In this document: positions 19,919 to 29,629 of the stretch, piece after piece
How the letters are laid out: each line of letters begins with the position of its first letter
How positions within the stretch are numbered: position 1 is the first letter of the stretch
Assembly (NCBI GenBank): GCA_020536535.1
Contig: JAHLWZ010000968.1
Location: 1-36,078 of the forward strand
Source of the DNA: Pelomyxa schiedti
Taxonomy: Eukaryota; Protista; Evosea
Direction of reading: 5' to 3'
Length of the DNA: 36,078 nucleotides
Translations under genes and position numbers: made by a program
The notes under the pieces: model-generated
Seen by the model: only the letters and a program-made list of their open reading frames with translations
Databases searched by the model: none
What the model was told of the DNA's origin: nothing

Positions 19919-21316
19919 ATGTTCGGTTGGTTGGGCACCATTCATTTTAATGATGGGGAGGATGAGGATCCCCTCCTGGGGGAGGATTATGCACCGGCCG
20001 AGTGGGCGTGGGCTACACCAAACGCGGGGCACCACCTCTACCTGCCAGGTCACGATAGACTCCCAGATCTGCTCGCAGACGGGCCCACGGCGAGGGAGCA
20101 ACTTCTCGCGTTCGCGACGTCGTCGCACGCCCGATGCGGCGCGCGCAGCCCCGCCCGCGCCTTCACGTCTCTGTCCCCCGCGGCCACATCGCCATTGTGG
20201 GACTGGTGCCTCACACTCACCGAGGTGACCTTTGGAATCTGCGTGGAGGCGACCTCGATTGTGGGACGAGACGACGGCACTGGCTCCACGTATGGAACGT
20301 ACACGAGAATGGGGGTCTCAGCAGCACTCAACAGTCTCACGTGGATAGAGAGGCCACTAAAGTGCCGCGGTGACAGCTCGTGCGACAACGACGACGTAGC
20401 TGTGTGGTACCGCGGAGCTGCCGGCATAGACCACGTGATTGTGGGGAGGTACAGAGCGTGGAATGACAGGAGGCACTGGTTTGCTGACCTGGGTGCTAAC
20501 TCTTGGAGGAGGCTCACCGGGGGGCCTGCTAAGTTCCGCCCCCTGGTGCAGGGTGGGAATGGGAGGTGGTGGTGTGTTGAGTGGTCGTGTTCTGAGTGCA
20601 GCCTGACTGTGCACAGTTTGTTGGATGTTGGGGACGACTGCGGTGGCGTGCAGTGTGGTTGCATTGCATTCCCGGGGGAATTCGTGAGGTGCGAAGGATT
20701 GTTCTTCAACATGGTGGACCCTTGTCAGAAAGATGAAGCTGTTGTTGCCTTTGTGGATAGTAACCGTGATACAGTGCTCGTGGTGATTGATGTGGCCAAG
20801 ACCTACAAGTCCAATGTACCGGTTGTTCTGAGCAGAATAAAGTGTCACCAACTGCATGAACACCACTTCTGCTCAGGTGTTTTAATGAGGACAACAGCTG
20901 GAAAGCGAGTGATATTTGTTGAGGCCCTTCAAGGCTCTGTGGGCAGTGAGTTCAAGTTTGTGGAGGGTTGTGAGTCTAACAGAAGTGCTGGCAAGGCCTT
21001 TTCAGTGGATACAGAGGCAGTGTCACAGCTGAGCTCATCACTCTTGTGCATCTCAAAGACCAACACCGTTGAAATCTGGGACTGCAACAGTGAGTCAACA
21101 GAGCCACTCTGGGTTGTCAACAGAATTGTAAGGCCAGAGGCACATTACCTTCCAGTGATTGCAGCGTCGGGGTTCTTGTTCCATCAGCGTGTGGTCGAGG
21201 ATGGCGAACTGAAGGTCACTGATTCCCGTGGAAATGTTGTTGTAACACTCAGGTGGCCTCCTGGTATTTGCCCAGTTGGTTCTGATGGTGCTTTTTCTGT
21301 TTCAGGGTTCAGCTGA
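19919..21316 (+). CDS. Intronless cluster family, copy C (465 aa)
   Basis: Single ORF with conserved end blocks and a distinct acidic N-terminal extension. Confidence 0.9.
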   Translation: MFGWLGTIHFNDGEDEDPLLGEDYAPAEWAWATPNAGHHLYLPGHDRLPDLLADGPTAREQLLAFATSSHARCGARSPARAFTSLSPAATSPLWDWCLTLTEVTFGICVEATSIVGRDDGTGSTYGTYTRMGVSAALNSLTWIERPLKCRGDSSCDNDDVAVWYRGAAGIDHVIVGRYRAWNDRRHWFADLGANSWRRLTGGPAKFRPLVQGGNGRWWCVEWSCSECSLTVHSLLDVGDDCGGVQCGCIAFPGEFVRCEGLFFNMVDPCQKDEAVVAFVDSNRDTVLVVIDVAKTYKSNVPVVLSRIKCHQLHEHHFCSGVLMRTTAGKRVIFVEALQGSVGSEFKFVEGCESNRSAGKAFSVDTEAVSQLSSSLLCISKTNTVEIWDCNSESTEPLWVVNRIVRPEAHYLPVIAASGFLFHQRVVEDGELKVTDSRGNVVVTLRWPPGICPVGSDGAFSVSGFS

Positions 21317-21355
21317 TTGTGGTTTGTTTGTAACACAAGAAAAGAAAAGTTGAAG

Positions 21356-21532
21356 ATGGCTGATGATGACGCACGGCAACCCCCAACAAGAGACGTAGAG
21401 TGGGCGATGGCCCCAACGCACCCCGACGACACCAAAGGGCGACGTGGTCCCGCTTCCAGATCTTGTCGCGACGGGCCTCAAAGCGAGGGACCAACTGCTC
21501 GCGTTCGCGACGTCGTGGCACCCCCGATGCGG
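21356..21532 (+). pseudogene. Truncated, frameshifted 5' stub of the cluster family
   Basis: MADDDAR..., then PLPDLVATGLKARDQLLAFATSWHPRCG in another frame. Near-duplicate of 24689-24870. Confidence 0.75.
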
Positions 21533-21716
21533 AACTTTTCCCAAAAGAACCTGTGAAATGGGTGATAATGGGCTTGTATTTGAACCACTCAGAGTGCTTG
21601 AAGGAAAGAATCTTGTGGCCACACCAAGTAATCCTTTCTCTCGGGGAACAAAAAAAGCTTCAATTGGAGGTCGGTACTTAAATGTTGCCATCAGAGGCTT
21701 CCACGTAAACTTTCTG

Positions 21717-23078
21717 ATGGACGGTGGAGATCCGCGAACGCCGAACAACAAGCGACGTCGCACCGGCATACCCGCAGCAGCTCCGCACCCAGATCTGATC
21801 CCCACTGGCCTCAAAGCGAGGGACCAACTGCTCGCTTTCGCGACGTCGTCGCACGCCCGATGCGGCGCGCGCAGCTCCGCGCGCACATTCACGTCGCTGT
21901 CGGCCTCGGCCACGTCGCCATTGTGGGACTGGTGCCTCAACATCGCCCTCGTGGCGTTCGGAATCTGCCTCGACTGTGCGACCAACGGAGGCAAAGGGGT
22001 CAGAAGGTACAACATTTACTTGAGGATCGCGGTTTCGGCGGCACTCAACAGCATCGCGTGGACAGAGAGGCCTTTCGTGTGCTGCGGGGGCCCCAAAGTG
22101 GCACTTGTGGGAGGCGGCGGCGACTACAAGGTGTGGTGCCAGGGTGCTGTGGACATCGACCACGTGGTATATGGCTCTAAGGTGTGGTGGATGAACACGA
22201 GGTTCTGGTTTGTGGACCTGAGGTGCGGAGCCGGGGCCGGTGGGAGGGCACTCAATCGGATTGATGGGTGCCACAGCACAGCACAGGGAGGGGCTGGCAA
22301 GTGGTGGGTCCGCTGCTTCGAGCGCTCGAGGCGCGAGTGGGGCCTGATGGTCCAGAATGTGCTGGACTCGGCGGAAGTGACTCAGAAATGCGGCGAATTT
22401 CAGTTCCCTGAGGAGCACGAGGTTCAGTGTGAAGGTGTTTTCGTCAGCAAGGGGGAAACTCCTGTGGAAGCTGTTCTTTTTTTTCTGGATACCGGGGATG
22501 GTGATGCACACATCATGGTGATTGATGTTGAGAAGACCCATGCAACCAGGAATCCAGTTGTTCTCAGCGCCATGAAGTGGCACCAACCACAAACCCACTT
22601 CCACTCTGGTGTTATTATGAGAACAGTTTCTGGCCATCGTGTCATATTTGTTGAAGTCATTGATGAAGAGCGTATGGGAAGTGTGTTCAAGTTTGGGGAG
22701 GGTGGCACCACTAGTGCTCCTTATTATGAACCAAAGGCCATTTCAAAAGATACAAACGCAGTGTCACAGCTGAGCTCATCACTGTTGGGCATCTCAAAGA
22801 CTGGCGTTTTCGTTGAAATCTGGGACTGCAACAGCAGCGCAACAGTACCACTCAGGGTAATTGATGGAAAGAATACAGGCATCCAGACAGTGATAGCAGA
22901 ATCGGGGTTCTTGTTCCACCAACGAGTGATGTTGGGAAGCTCATCCTCCAATCAGCAGGGTGATGGTGAATTGGAGGTCACTGACTCATGTGGAGGCCAT
23001 GTTGTCACTCTTAAGTGGCCCCCTGGAACATGGCCAGTGGCGCCAAACAATTTTTCTGTCTCCGGGTTTTTGACCTAA
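21717..23078 (+). CDS. Intronless cluster family, copy E
   Basis: Likely start is ATG 21717 (MDGGDPRTPNNKRRR), by comparison with paralogues. The longer 21444 ORF reads through the upstream stub. Confidence 0.85.
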   Translation: MDGGDPRTPNNKRRRTGIPAAAPHPDLIPTGLKARDQLLAFATSSHARCGARSSARTFTSLSASATSPLWDWCLNIALVAFGICLDCATNGGKGVRRYNIYLRIAVSAALNSIAWTERPFVCCGGPKVALVGGGGDYKVWCQGAVDIDHVVYGSKVWWMNTRFWFVDLRCGAGAGGRALNRIDGCHSTAQGGAGKWWVRCFERSRREWGLMVQNVLDSAEVTQKCGEFQFPEEHEVQCEGVFVSKGETPVEAVLFFLDTGDGDAHIMVIDVEKTHATRNPVVLSAMKWHQPQTHFHSGVIMRTVSGHRVIFVEVIDEERMGSVFKFGEGGTTSAPYYEPKAISKDTNAVSQLSSSLLGISKTGVFVEIWDCNSSATVPLRVIDGKNTGIQTVIAESGFLFHQRVMLGSSSSNQQGDGELEVTDSCGGHVVTLKWPPGTWPVAPNNFSVSGFLT

Positions 23079-23155
23079 CATTTTAAAAAGCCTGGTTGTT
23101 ACCCAAGTTACTTCTTTCCCCTAAGTACTTGCTTGAAAATAACAACCCTTTACAG

Positions 23156-24481
23156 ATGGAAGGGCACAAGCGACCAACACCGAACAAACGAAGTCGCCTC
23201 AACCCACAAACACAACAACAACATCAACACCTCGAGGCGCGGCTGCCAGAGCTGATACCTACCGCTCTCAAAGCGCGCGACCAACTGCTCGCGTTCGCGA
23301 TGTCTTCGCACGCCCGATGCGGCGCGCGCAGCCCCGCTCACGCGTTCACGTCGCTGTCGGCCGCGGCCACGTCGCCATTGTGGGACTGGTGCCTCACCCT
23401 CACCCTCGTCACGTTTGGCATCTGTGTGCCGATCACGACCGACCGCGGTGGGGGTGGTGGCCACAACGTGTACACGAGGCTCGGTGTCTCGGCAGCACTC
23501 AACAGCATCACGTGGATCGAGAGCTCCGCAGAGTGCAAGAGGTGCGCTGGGATGCAGCCCGCCGATCGCGTGTGGTACAAGGGTGCCGTGGACATCGACC
23601 GGGCGATCGCGAGCTTCCAGTTTGGGTGGACAACTCGCCATTGGCTTGTCGACCTGAGGAGGAACGGAACGGGGAAGGACCTGTCTGAGGCCCTCCCGGG
23701 GTTTTGCGCTTTGATGGGGGGGAATGACAGGTGGTGGCTCTCTTTCTGCTTTTGTGTCGAAACTGTGGAGCTCTTCTTGGTGGTGTGCAATCTGCAGGAC
23801 AGTAACTGCAGTGGAGTGGCGTGTAGCTTCATGAAGCACCGGGAATCTCCCAAAATTGGGTCTCTTGGAATGCTCTTCAGCAAGGTGGATCCCGATGAAG
23901 CTCTCATTTTGTTTGAGAATGGTAACGACCGCACTATCATGGTGATTGATGTGGCAAAGACACATGCAACCAAGAGCACCGTTGTGGTGACCACTCTCAA
24001 GTGGAACATGCCAACAGGAAACTCCATCCACTCTGGTGTTGCAATGAGGACTGCAGCTGGCAAGCGTGTCATTTTTGTTGAGGTGTCTGGCAACGTTTTC
24101 AAGTCTGAGGAGGGTTGTGACTACAAAGGCAATGATGCACCAATCCCCTTTTCGACAGGTGTAGGTGCTGTTTCACAGCTGAATTCTTCACTTTGGTGCA
24201 TCTCAAAGAGCGACACTGTTGAAATCTGGGATTGCAACAGCGGCTCGACAGAACCACTCAGGGTCATTGAGAGAATTCTCAAGCCAGGCCTCTTAAACCC
24301 ACCAGTGGTTGCAGAATCAGGGTTCTTGTTCCATCAGGGTGTCAAGCCTGGGCAACCGCAGGATGGTGATGATGAACTGAAGGTCACTGACTCGCTTGGA
24401 AATCATGTTGTCACACTCAAGTGTCCTAATGGCATGTGGCAAACTCCTCATCATGATTTTTCAGTCTCTGGTTTCCTGTGA
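23156..24481 (+). CDS. Intronless cluster family, copy F
   Basis: ATG 23156 (MEGHKRPTPNKRSR); conserved end blocks. Confidence 0.88.
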   Translation: MEGHKRPTPNKRSRLNPQTQQQHQHLEARLPELIPTALKARDQLLAFAMSSHARCGARSPAHAFTSLSAAATSPLWDWCLTLTLVTFGICVPITTDRGGGGGHNVYTRLGVSAALNSITWIESSAECKRCAGMQPADRVWYKGAVDIDRAIASFQFGWTTRHWLVDLRRNGTGKDLSEALPGFCALMGGNDRWWLSFCFCVETVELFLVVCNLQDSNCSGVACSFMKHRESPKIGSLGMLFSKVDPDEALILFENGNDRTIMVIDVAKTHATKSTVVVTTLKWNMPTGNSIHSGVAMRTAAGKRVIFVEVSGNVFKSEEGCDYKGNDAPIPFSTGVGAVSQLNSSLWCISKSDTVEIWDCNSGSTEPLRVIERILKPGLLNPPVVAESGFLFHQGVKPGQPQDGDDELKVTDSLGNHVVTLKCPNGMWQTPHHDFSVSGFL

Positions 24482-24688
24482 TACCAAAAGAAAAACAGAT
24501 TTATGAGACTTTTGGCACTATTCCCCTGCGTTGCATTTATAAGATCATAACCGCAGTTAAATTGGTAGAGAAATTGAGTGTTGAGTTATTTGGTCTTGTG
24601 GAGGAAAAGATAATTCGCTGTTGCCACAGACATCGATTTATCCCTTTTTCTTCCATCATCAATTCGACTGTCAGAAGAAAAGTTGAAG

Positions 24689-24945
24689 ATGGCTGATGAT
24701 GACGCACGGCACGAGCGGCCAACCCCCAACAAGAGACGTAGAGTGGGCGACCAAAGCGCCGACTGCACCAAAGGGCGATGTGGTCCCGCTTCCAGATCTT
24801 GTCGCGACGGGCCTCAAAACGAGGGACCAACTGCTCGCGTTCGCGATGTCGTCGCACCCCCGATGCGGCACGAGCAGCCCCCGCACGCTCCTTCGTTTCT
24901 TTCCGCGTCGGCCTCGTCGCCATTGTGGGACTGGTGCCTCACATC
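24689..24945 (+). pseudogene. Second truncated, frameshifted 5' stub of the cluster family
   Basis: MADDDARHERPTPNKRRR / PLPDLVATGLKTRDQLLAFAMSSHPRCG / SASASSPLWDWCLT, split by frameshifts. Homology stops right after WDWCLT. Confidence 0.8.
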
Positions 24946-25116
24946 CTCACCCACAACCAAAGTGATCAGAACAACCTTCGTTTTCATCAGCGTACGTGCT
25001 CAAGTGCCTCCTCAGCATCTCTCGTTTTCTTGGAAAATGACTTCGAAAAACCCCAAAATCTGACCAAACTGGTGCGGCCAGATCTAATCGGTCTTTTGGT
25101 CCTTGGTGGATTTTTT

Positions 25117-26593
25117 TTAATATCTACGTCCTCTGTCAGGGTCCAGCAATGTTGGTGTCTTGAATGGAATTGGTGTGATTGAATTTGGGAGGAATCCATG
25201 TGGAAAGGTCAACGTGAACAACTGCGCCCCTGAGAAAGCATCCACCACTGTGTGCTTCCCCACAAGACGGAGGCATGCAGTGCTATAGCTAGTGCCAAGG
25301 CAAGCAGTGGCTGCTGGGTGGAACTGCGTACTTTCTAATTCTGACCTGAAGAAGCTGGTGGCACAGGTGCTTACAGGTGCTGAGGAAATGGAACTGCATG
25401 CAAGAAGGCCACAGCCTGAAACAACTGACAGTGTACCTGGAGGGTGCTGGTGCGTCGTAATGCACTGGGCTCCGATGTTGGTCTGGTTGACAAGGGATTG
25501 CACAGAGAACACAGAGGTTGAGGAATGGTCAGCGGTTGTGATGCTCAAGTGCGACTCGTCAAGTGCTCTCACCTCCAGTCCTGTGCTGTCTTCCAGCCAC
25601 GTGTGTGAAATTCCAGTACTCAGGTCCAGCAACATCTGGGAGTTCTTCTCCGATGTGAATGGCAAGTAGTATTTCTTTTCAGCCCTGTGGAACAGGGGTG
25701 TGCACAGATTCTCAGTTTCCTCGTCCAATTTGAGCTTGACAACGACATGTGCACTATTTATTGCACCCTCCTCGACAATTATGTTCAAGTCAATGTGCAT
25801 TCCAATGAGAGCTTCGCCATCTCCCTCGGGGTGAACAAAGAAGACCTCAAGGGTGTCAGACTCTGTGTCATACTCACTGCTGGAAGAGAAGAACCTCAGA
25901 GACTGGAGGGCCGTTGGGTTCCAGGGGCACTTCACCTCAACGCACTGAGGTGGCACAACCTCTTCATCACCACCATTTTGCAGTGCCCAAACCTCAAGAA
26001 TGCCAACTTCAGAATGGAGATATGGTGCCTGGACAACCCACTTCCTGTTGCACGCTGCCAATCGAAAGCGAACCAGTTCTTTCAGGTTACTGGGAAGCTG
26101 CATGACTGGCCAGTCTGGGTTCTCATCATAAATACCGTTGGTTGTGACACACTTGACAGGGGTGATCCACCCCAAAGTGGAGGCATCCAGACTGACCAAT
26201 TCTGGATTCTGCAAGATTCCCAAGGTGTGAGACACTGAAGAACACGCGGAATGGCTGTGGAATTGGTCCCCCAACCAAAGTGATCAGAACAACGCGGTCA
26301 GTTCCCATAACCCACCTCTTCCCAATCAACTCAGCAACAACCCAATGCGGAATCATCGACACGTAACAACGCCTGCCGGGTGATGATGCTGACGATGACG
26401 ATGAATCGCAAGCGGACCCACAATCGCGCGAGCTTGTGCCGCGGCCCCAACCAACACTTGTGCTGCGGGGGACATTGTGGACCGAATTGTGGGAACAGGC
26501 TGAGGCGAGCGCGAGGAACTGACTCCGAGCAGTCCCTATGGTCAATGAAAACTCTACTTTTTCCTCACCGAAGGGGTACGGGAGCCTCCTCAT
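25117..26593 (-). pseudogene. Intronless gene of a second family sharing the N-terminal module; one frameshift
   Basis: N-terminal frame (ARSQFLALASAC...MIPHWVVAELIGKRWVM...FFSVSH) and C-terminal frame (SHTLGILQN...385-aa ORF) overlap at about 26225-26235. Adding AC to tcacaccttg joins them. Confidence 0.7.
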
Positions 26594-26659
26594 CTCGGAC
26601 CACAAAGTGAAATTTTTTCGAAACGATCCTTTCTGCGTTGTGGAAGGTGTGAAAAAACC

Positions 26660-28088
26660 ATGCTTGATGGCACACCAACCAACACGCCGCGACCCCGCGC
26701 CTATGACGATGGCCCAAGAACAGCAGTCCAACACGAAAGACTGCCAGATCTGATCGCCACTGGTATCTATGCGAGGGAGCAGTTGCTTTCGCTTGCGATG
26801 TCGTCACACGCTCGATGCGGCGCGAGCAGCCCCGCGTGCGGTTTCACGTCGATGTCGGCCGTGGCCACGTCTCCATTGTGGGACTGGTGCCTCAACCTCA
26901 CCGAAGTCACCTTTGGCATTTGTGTCGAGAATTCGATTGTGGGTCGCGCTGGTGTCTTTGGCATGTACCTGAGGCTCGGTGTTTCATCAGCCCTAAATGG
27001 CATCACGTGGATTGACAGACCTATCAAATGCCGTCAGGATATGGATTCCATGGGAGATATTGATCAGGTGTGGTACAAGGGTGCTGTGGACATCGACCAC
27101 GTGATTTTGGGGGCTAGCAACAGGTGGAAGTTGAACTTCTGGTTTGGTGACCTGAGGAATGGCACTTGGAGGAAACTCGAAGGGGGCCCTGAGAAGTTCG
27201 GCCCCTCTGCTCAGGGAAGAAATGGGAGGTGGTGGATGCGCTGCTGTTTTGATTTGTCGGGTTATGAGTGCAACTTGACTGTGCACAATTTGTTGGATGG
27301 AGATTGCGGTGGAGTGCGGTGCGGTGTCATTAATTTCCCCGAGGTGAAGGTTTGGTGCACAGGATTGTTATTCAACAATTCGGCTCCTGATGACGATGAA
27401 GCTGTGATTTTTTTTGAGGATACAAATGACCTTACACTTGTGGTGATTGATGTGGCGAAGACATATGAAACAAAGGTGCCGGTTGTTGTGAGAAGAATGA
27501 AGTGCCACCATGGAAACCGCTTCAGGGGCCTTAATGAGGACAAATGATGGCCGACGTGTCATATTTGTTGAGGTCTTTCAACATCGCCTTCATGGTGTGC
27601 GCAGTGTGCTCAAGTTTGAGGAGGGTTGTGATTCTAACAGCAGGGATGTGCCAACGGACTTTGCAGTGGGTACAGACACAGTGTCACAGCTGAGTTCATC
27701 ACTGTTGTGCATCTCAAAGACCAACACCGTTGAAATCTGGGACTGCAACAGCAACTCAACTGAACCTCTCAGGGTCATTGATAGAATGGAGAGCCTGGAG
27801 CAAGACCTGTTTCAGCTTCCTGTGGTGGCTGCATCAGGGTTCTTGTTACATAAACTTGTGGTGACTCCAGGGGGAAAGGAGCCAAAGCCTGGTGTACTGA
27901 AGGTCGCTGACTCACGTGGAAATGTTGTTGTCACACTCAAGTGGCCTCCTGGATTGTGCCTACTTTCTTCTGTGTGTTGTTTTTCTGTTTCCTGTGAAAT
28001 AAAATATAAAATAGCAGTTCGAAATCTAATGCCAAGTTGCGGAAAGCTAAACGGCGTCGGCAGAATTGCCCTGCGTGCAACGAATTAG
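26660..28088 (+). pseudogene. Intronless cluster family, copy G, with two frame-disrupting deletions
   Basis: Split into ORFs 26660-27547 and 27510-28088 by a frameshift near 27520. The terminal FSVSGFL* is replaced by FSVSCEIK... after a second deletion near 27985-27995. Confidence 0.8.
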
Positions 28089-28194
28089 ATCTTGGTAAAC
28101 TAAGAGTAGAGCGGAACAATAATTTGTTTTGTCGGAGACTATTTTAGTTGCAACATCACCACGAAAACATCACAATTCAGGGAAGAGAAGATTG

Positions 28195-29526
28195 ATGGAT
28201 GCGCCAACCCAGCCCACACCAAACAAGCGACGTCGCGCCGACGCGCCCCACAACGCGCCGACGCAGCAGCACGAATTACTGCCAGATCTTATAGCTACGG
28301 GTCTCAAAGCGAGGGAGCAACTGCTCGCGCTGGCCACGTCGTCGCACGCCCGGTGCGGCGCGCGCAGCCCCGCCCGCGCGTTCATGTCGCTGTCGGCCGC
28401 GGCCACGTCGCCATTGTGGGACTGGTGCCTCACCCTCACCGAGGTGACCTTTGGGATCTGCGTCGAATTCGCGGTGCAGAACGTCTGGGTCTACCACATG
28501 TACATCAGAATGGGGGTCTCAGCGTCCCTCAACAGCGTCACGTGGATCAAGAGGCCGATCAAGTGCCGCGGCGGCGACGGCAGGCCCGTGAGGATCAACG
28601 AGACCGGCCAGGCGTGGTACCAGGGCGCCGTCGACATCGACCACGTGCTCGCCACTTGGAGCACCGCTCCGGCCGTCGTCCCTGAATTATGGGTCGTTGA
28701 CTTGAGGACCGGCTCGGCGAGGGACCTCACCGAGAGGTACCCACCCATAATGAGGCGGCCACAGGGGGGGAACAGGAAGTGGTGGATCCGGTGTGCGCGG
28801 AACGCGGGTGGGGGTTGTGAGTTGACAGTGTACAATTTGCTGGATAGCAAGTGTTGCGGAGTTCAGTGCGGGTGCGTCGAATTCCAGCAACTTGCGTTCT
28901 GTGTGGGACTGCTGTTCGACAAGGGGGCTCCTGATGAAGCTGCTATTCTGTTTGATTCTTTCCGGAGTGACCCAGCCATCCTGGTGTTTGATGTGAGCAA
29001 GACCTATGCGGCAAAGAACCCTGTGGTGCTGGGCAGGGCAAAGTGGTACAAACCAAAGAGAAGCCTGAATCCTTCAGGATTTGTAATGAGGACAAAGGCT
29101 GGCAAGCGTGTGTTCTTCGTCGAGGTCTTTGAAACTGGTTATGGGCACAGTGTGTTCAAGTTTGAGGAGGGTTGTGATTACGACTCACCAAAGGCCTTTT
29201 CAACAGGGACAAGTGGGCTATCGCAGCTTAGCTCGTCGCTGTTGTGTGTTGCAAAGAACAAAACAGTTGAAGTCTGGGACTGCAACAGCGAGTCAACAGA
29301 ACCACTCAGAGTAATCACCAAGCCAGGCCTCTCTTACAATCCAGTGATTGCCGAATCAGGGTTCTTGTTCCATCAGAGTATCACGCTTGCACCCAGGGGA
29401 CCACAGCCAGAGTTTGATGCACTGAAGGTAACTGACTCACTTGGGAATGTTGTTGTCACCCTCAAGTGGCCTCATGGCATGTGGCAACTCCCTTCTGAGT
29501 GTTTTTCTGTCTCTGGCTTTATGTGA
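28195..29526 (+). CDS. Intronless cluster family, copy H
   Basis: ATG 28195 (MDAPTQPTPNKRRR); conserved end blocks. Confidence 0.88.
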   Translation: MDAPTQPTPNKRRRADAPHNAPTQQHELLPDLIATGLKAREQLLALATSSHARCGARSPARAFMSLSAAATSPLWDWCLTLTEVTFGICVEFAVQNVWVYHMYIRMGVSASLNSVTWIKRPIKCRGGDGRPVRINETGQAWYQGAVDIDHVLATWSTAPAVVPELWVVDLRTGSARDLTERYPPIMRRPQGGNRKWWIRCARNAGGGCELTVYNLLDSKCCGVQCGCVEFQQLAFCVGLLFDKGAPDEAAILFDSFRSDPAILVFDVSKTYAAKNPVVLGRAKWYKPKRSLNPSGFVMRTKAGKRVFFVEVFETGYGHSVFKFEEGCDYDSPKAFSTGTSGLSQLSSSLLCVAKNKTVEVWDCNSESTEPLRVITKPGLSYNPVIAESGFLFHQSITLAPRGPQPEFDALKVTDSLGNVVVTLKWPHGMWQLPSECFSVSGFM

Positions 29527-29629
29527 GCAACAAAAAGGAAATAAAAAGCCTGTTTCTTTCTCGGCACACACCACAGTTGCTGCCATCAGATAGCAGATCC
29601 CGAAAGTGGCAATTTAATCAAAGACAGCC

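Noticed and set aside
21444-21716. 544-aa protein with a doubled N-terminal module
   Set aside because: It starts at GTG inside a frameshifted stub. Paralogues indicate ATG 21717 as the start.
13808-29526. Diversity-generating retroelement or dedicated recombinase acting on the array
   Set aside because: No reverse transcriptase, recombinase, template/variable repeat pair or recombination signal is visible, and nothing links the transposon to the array.
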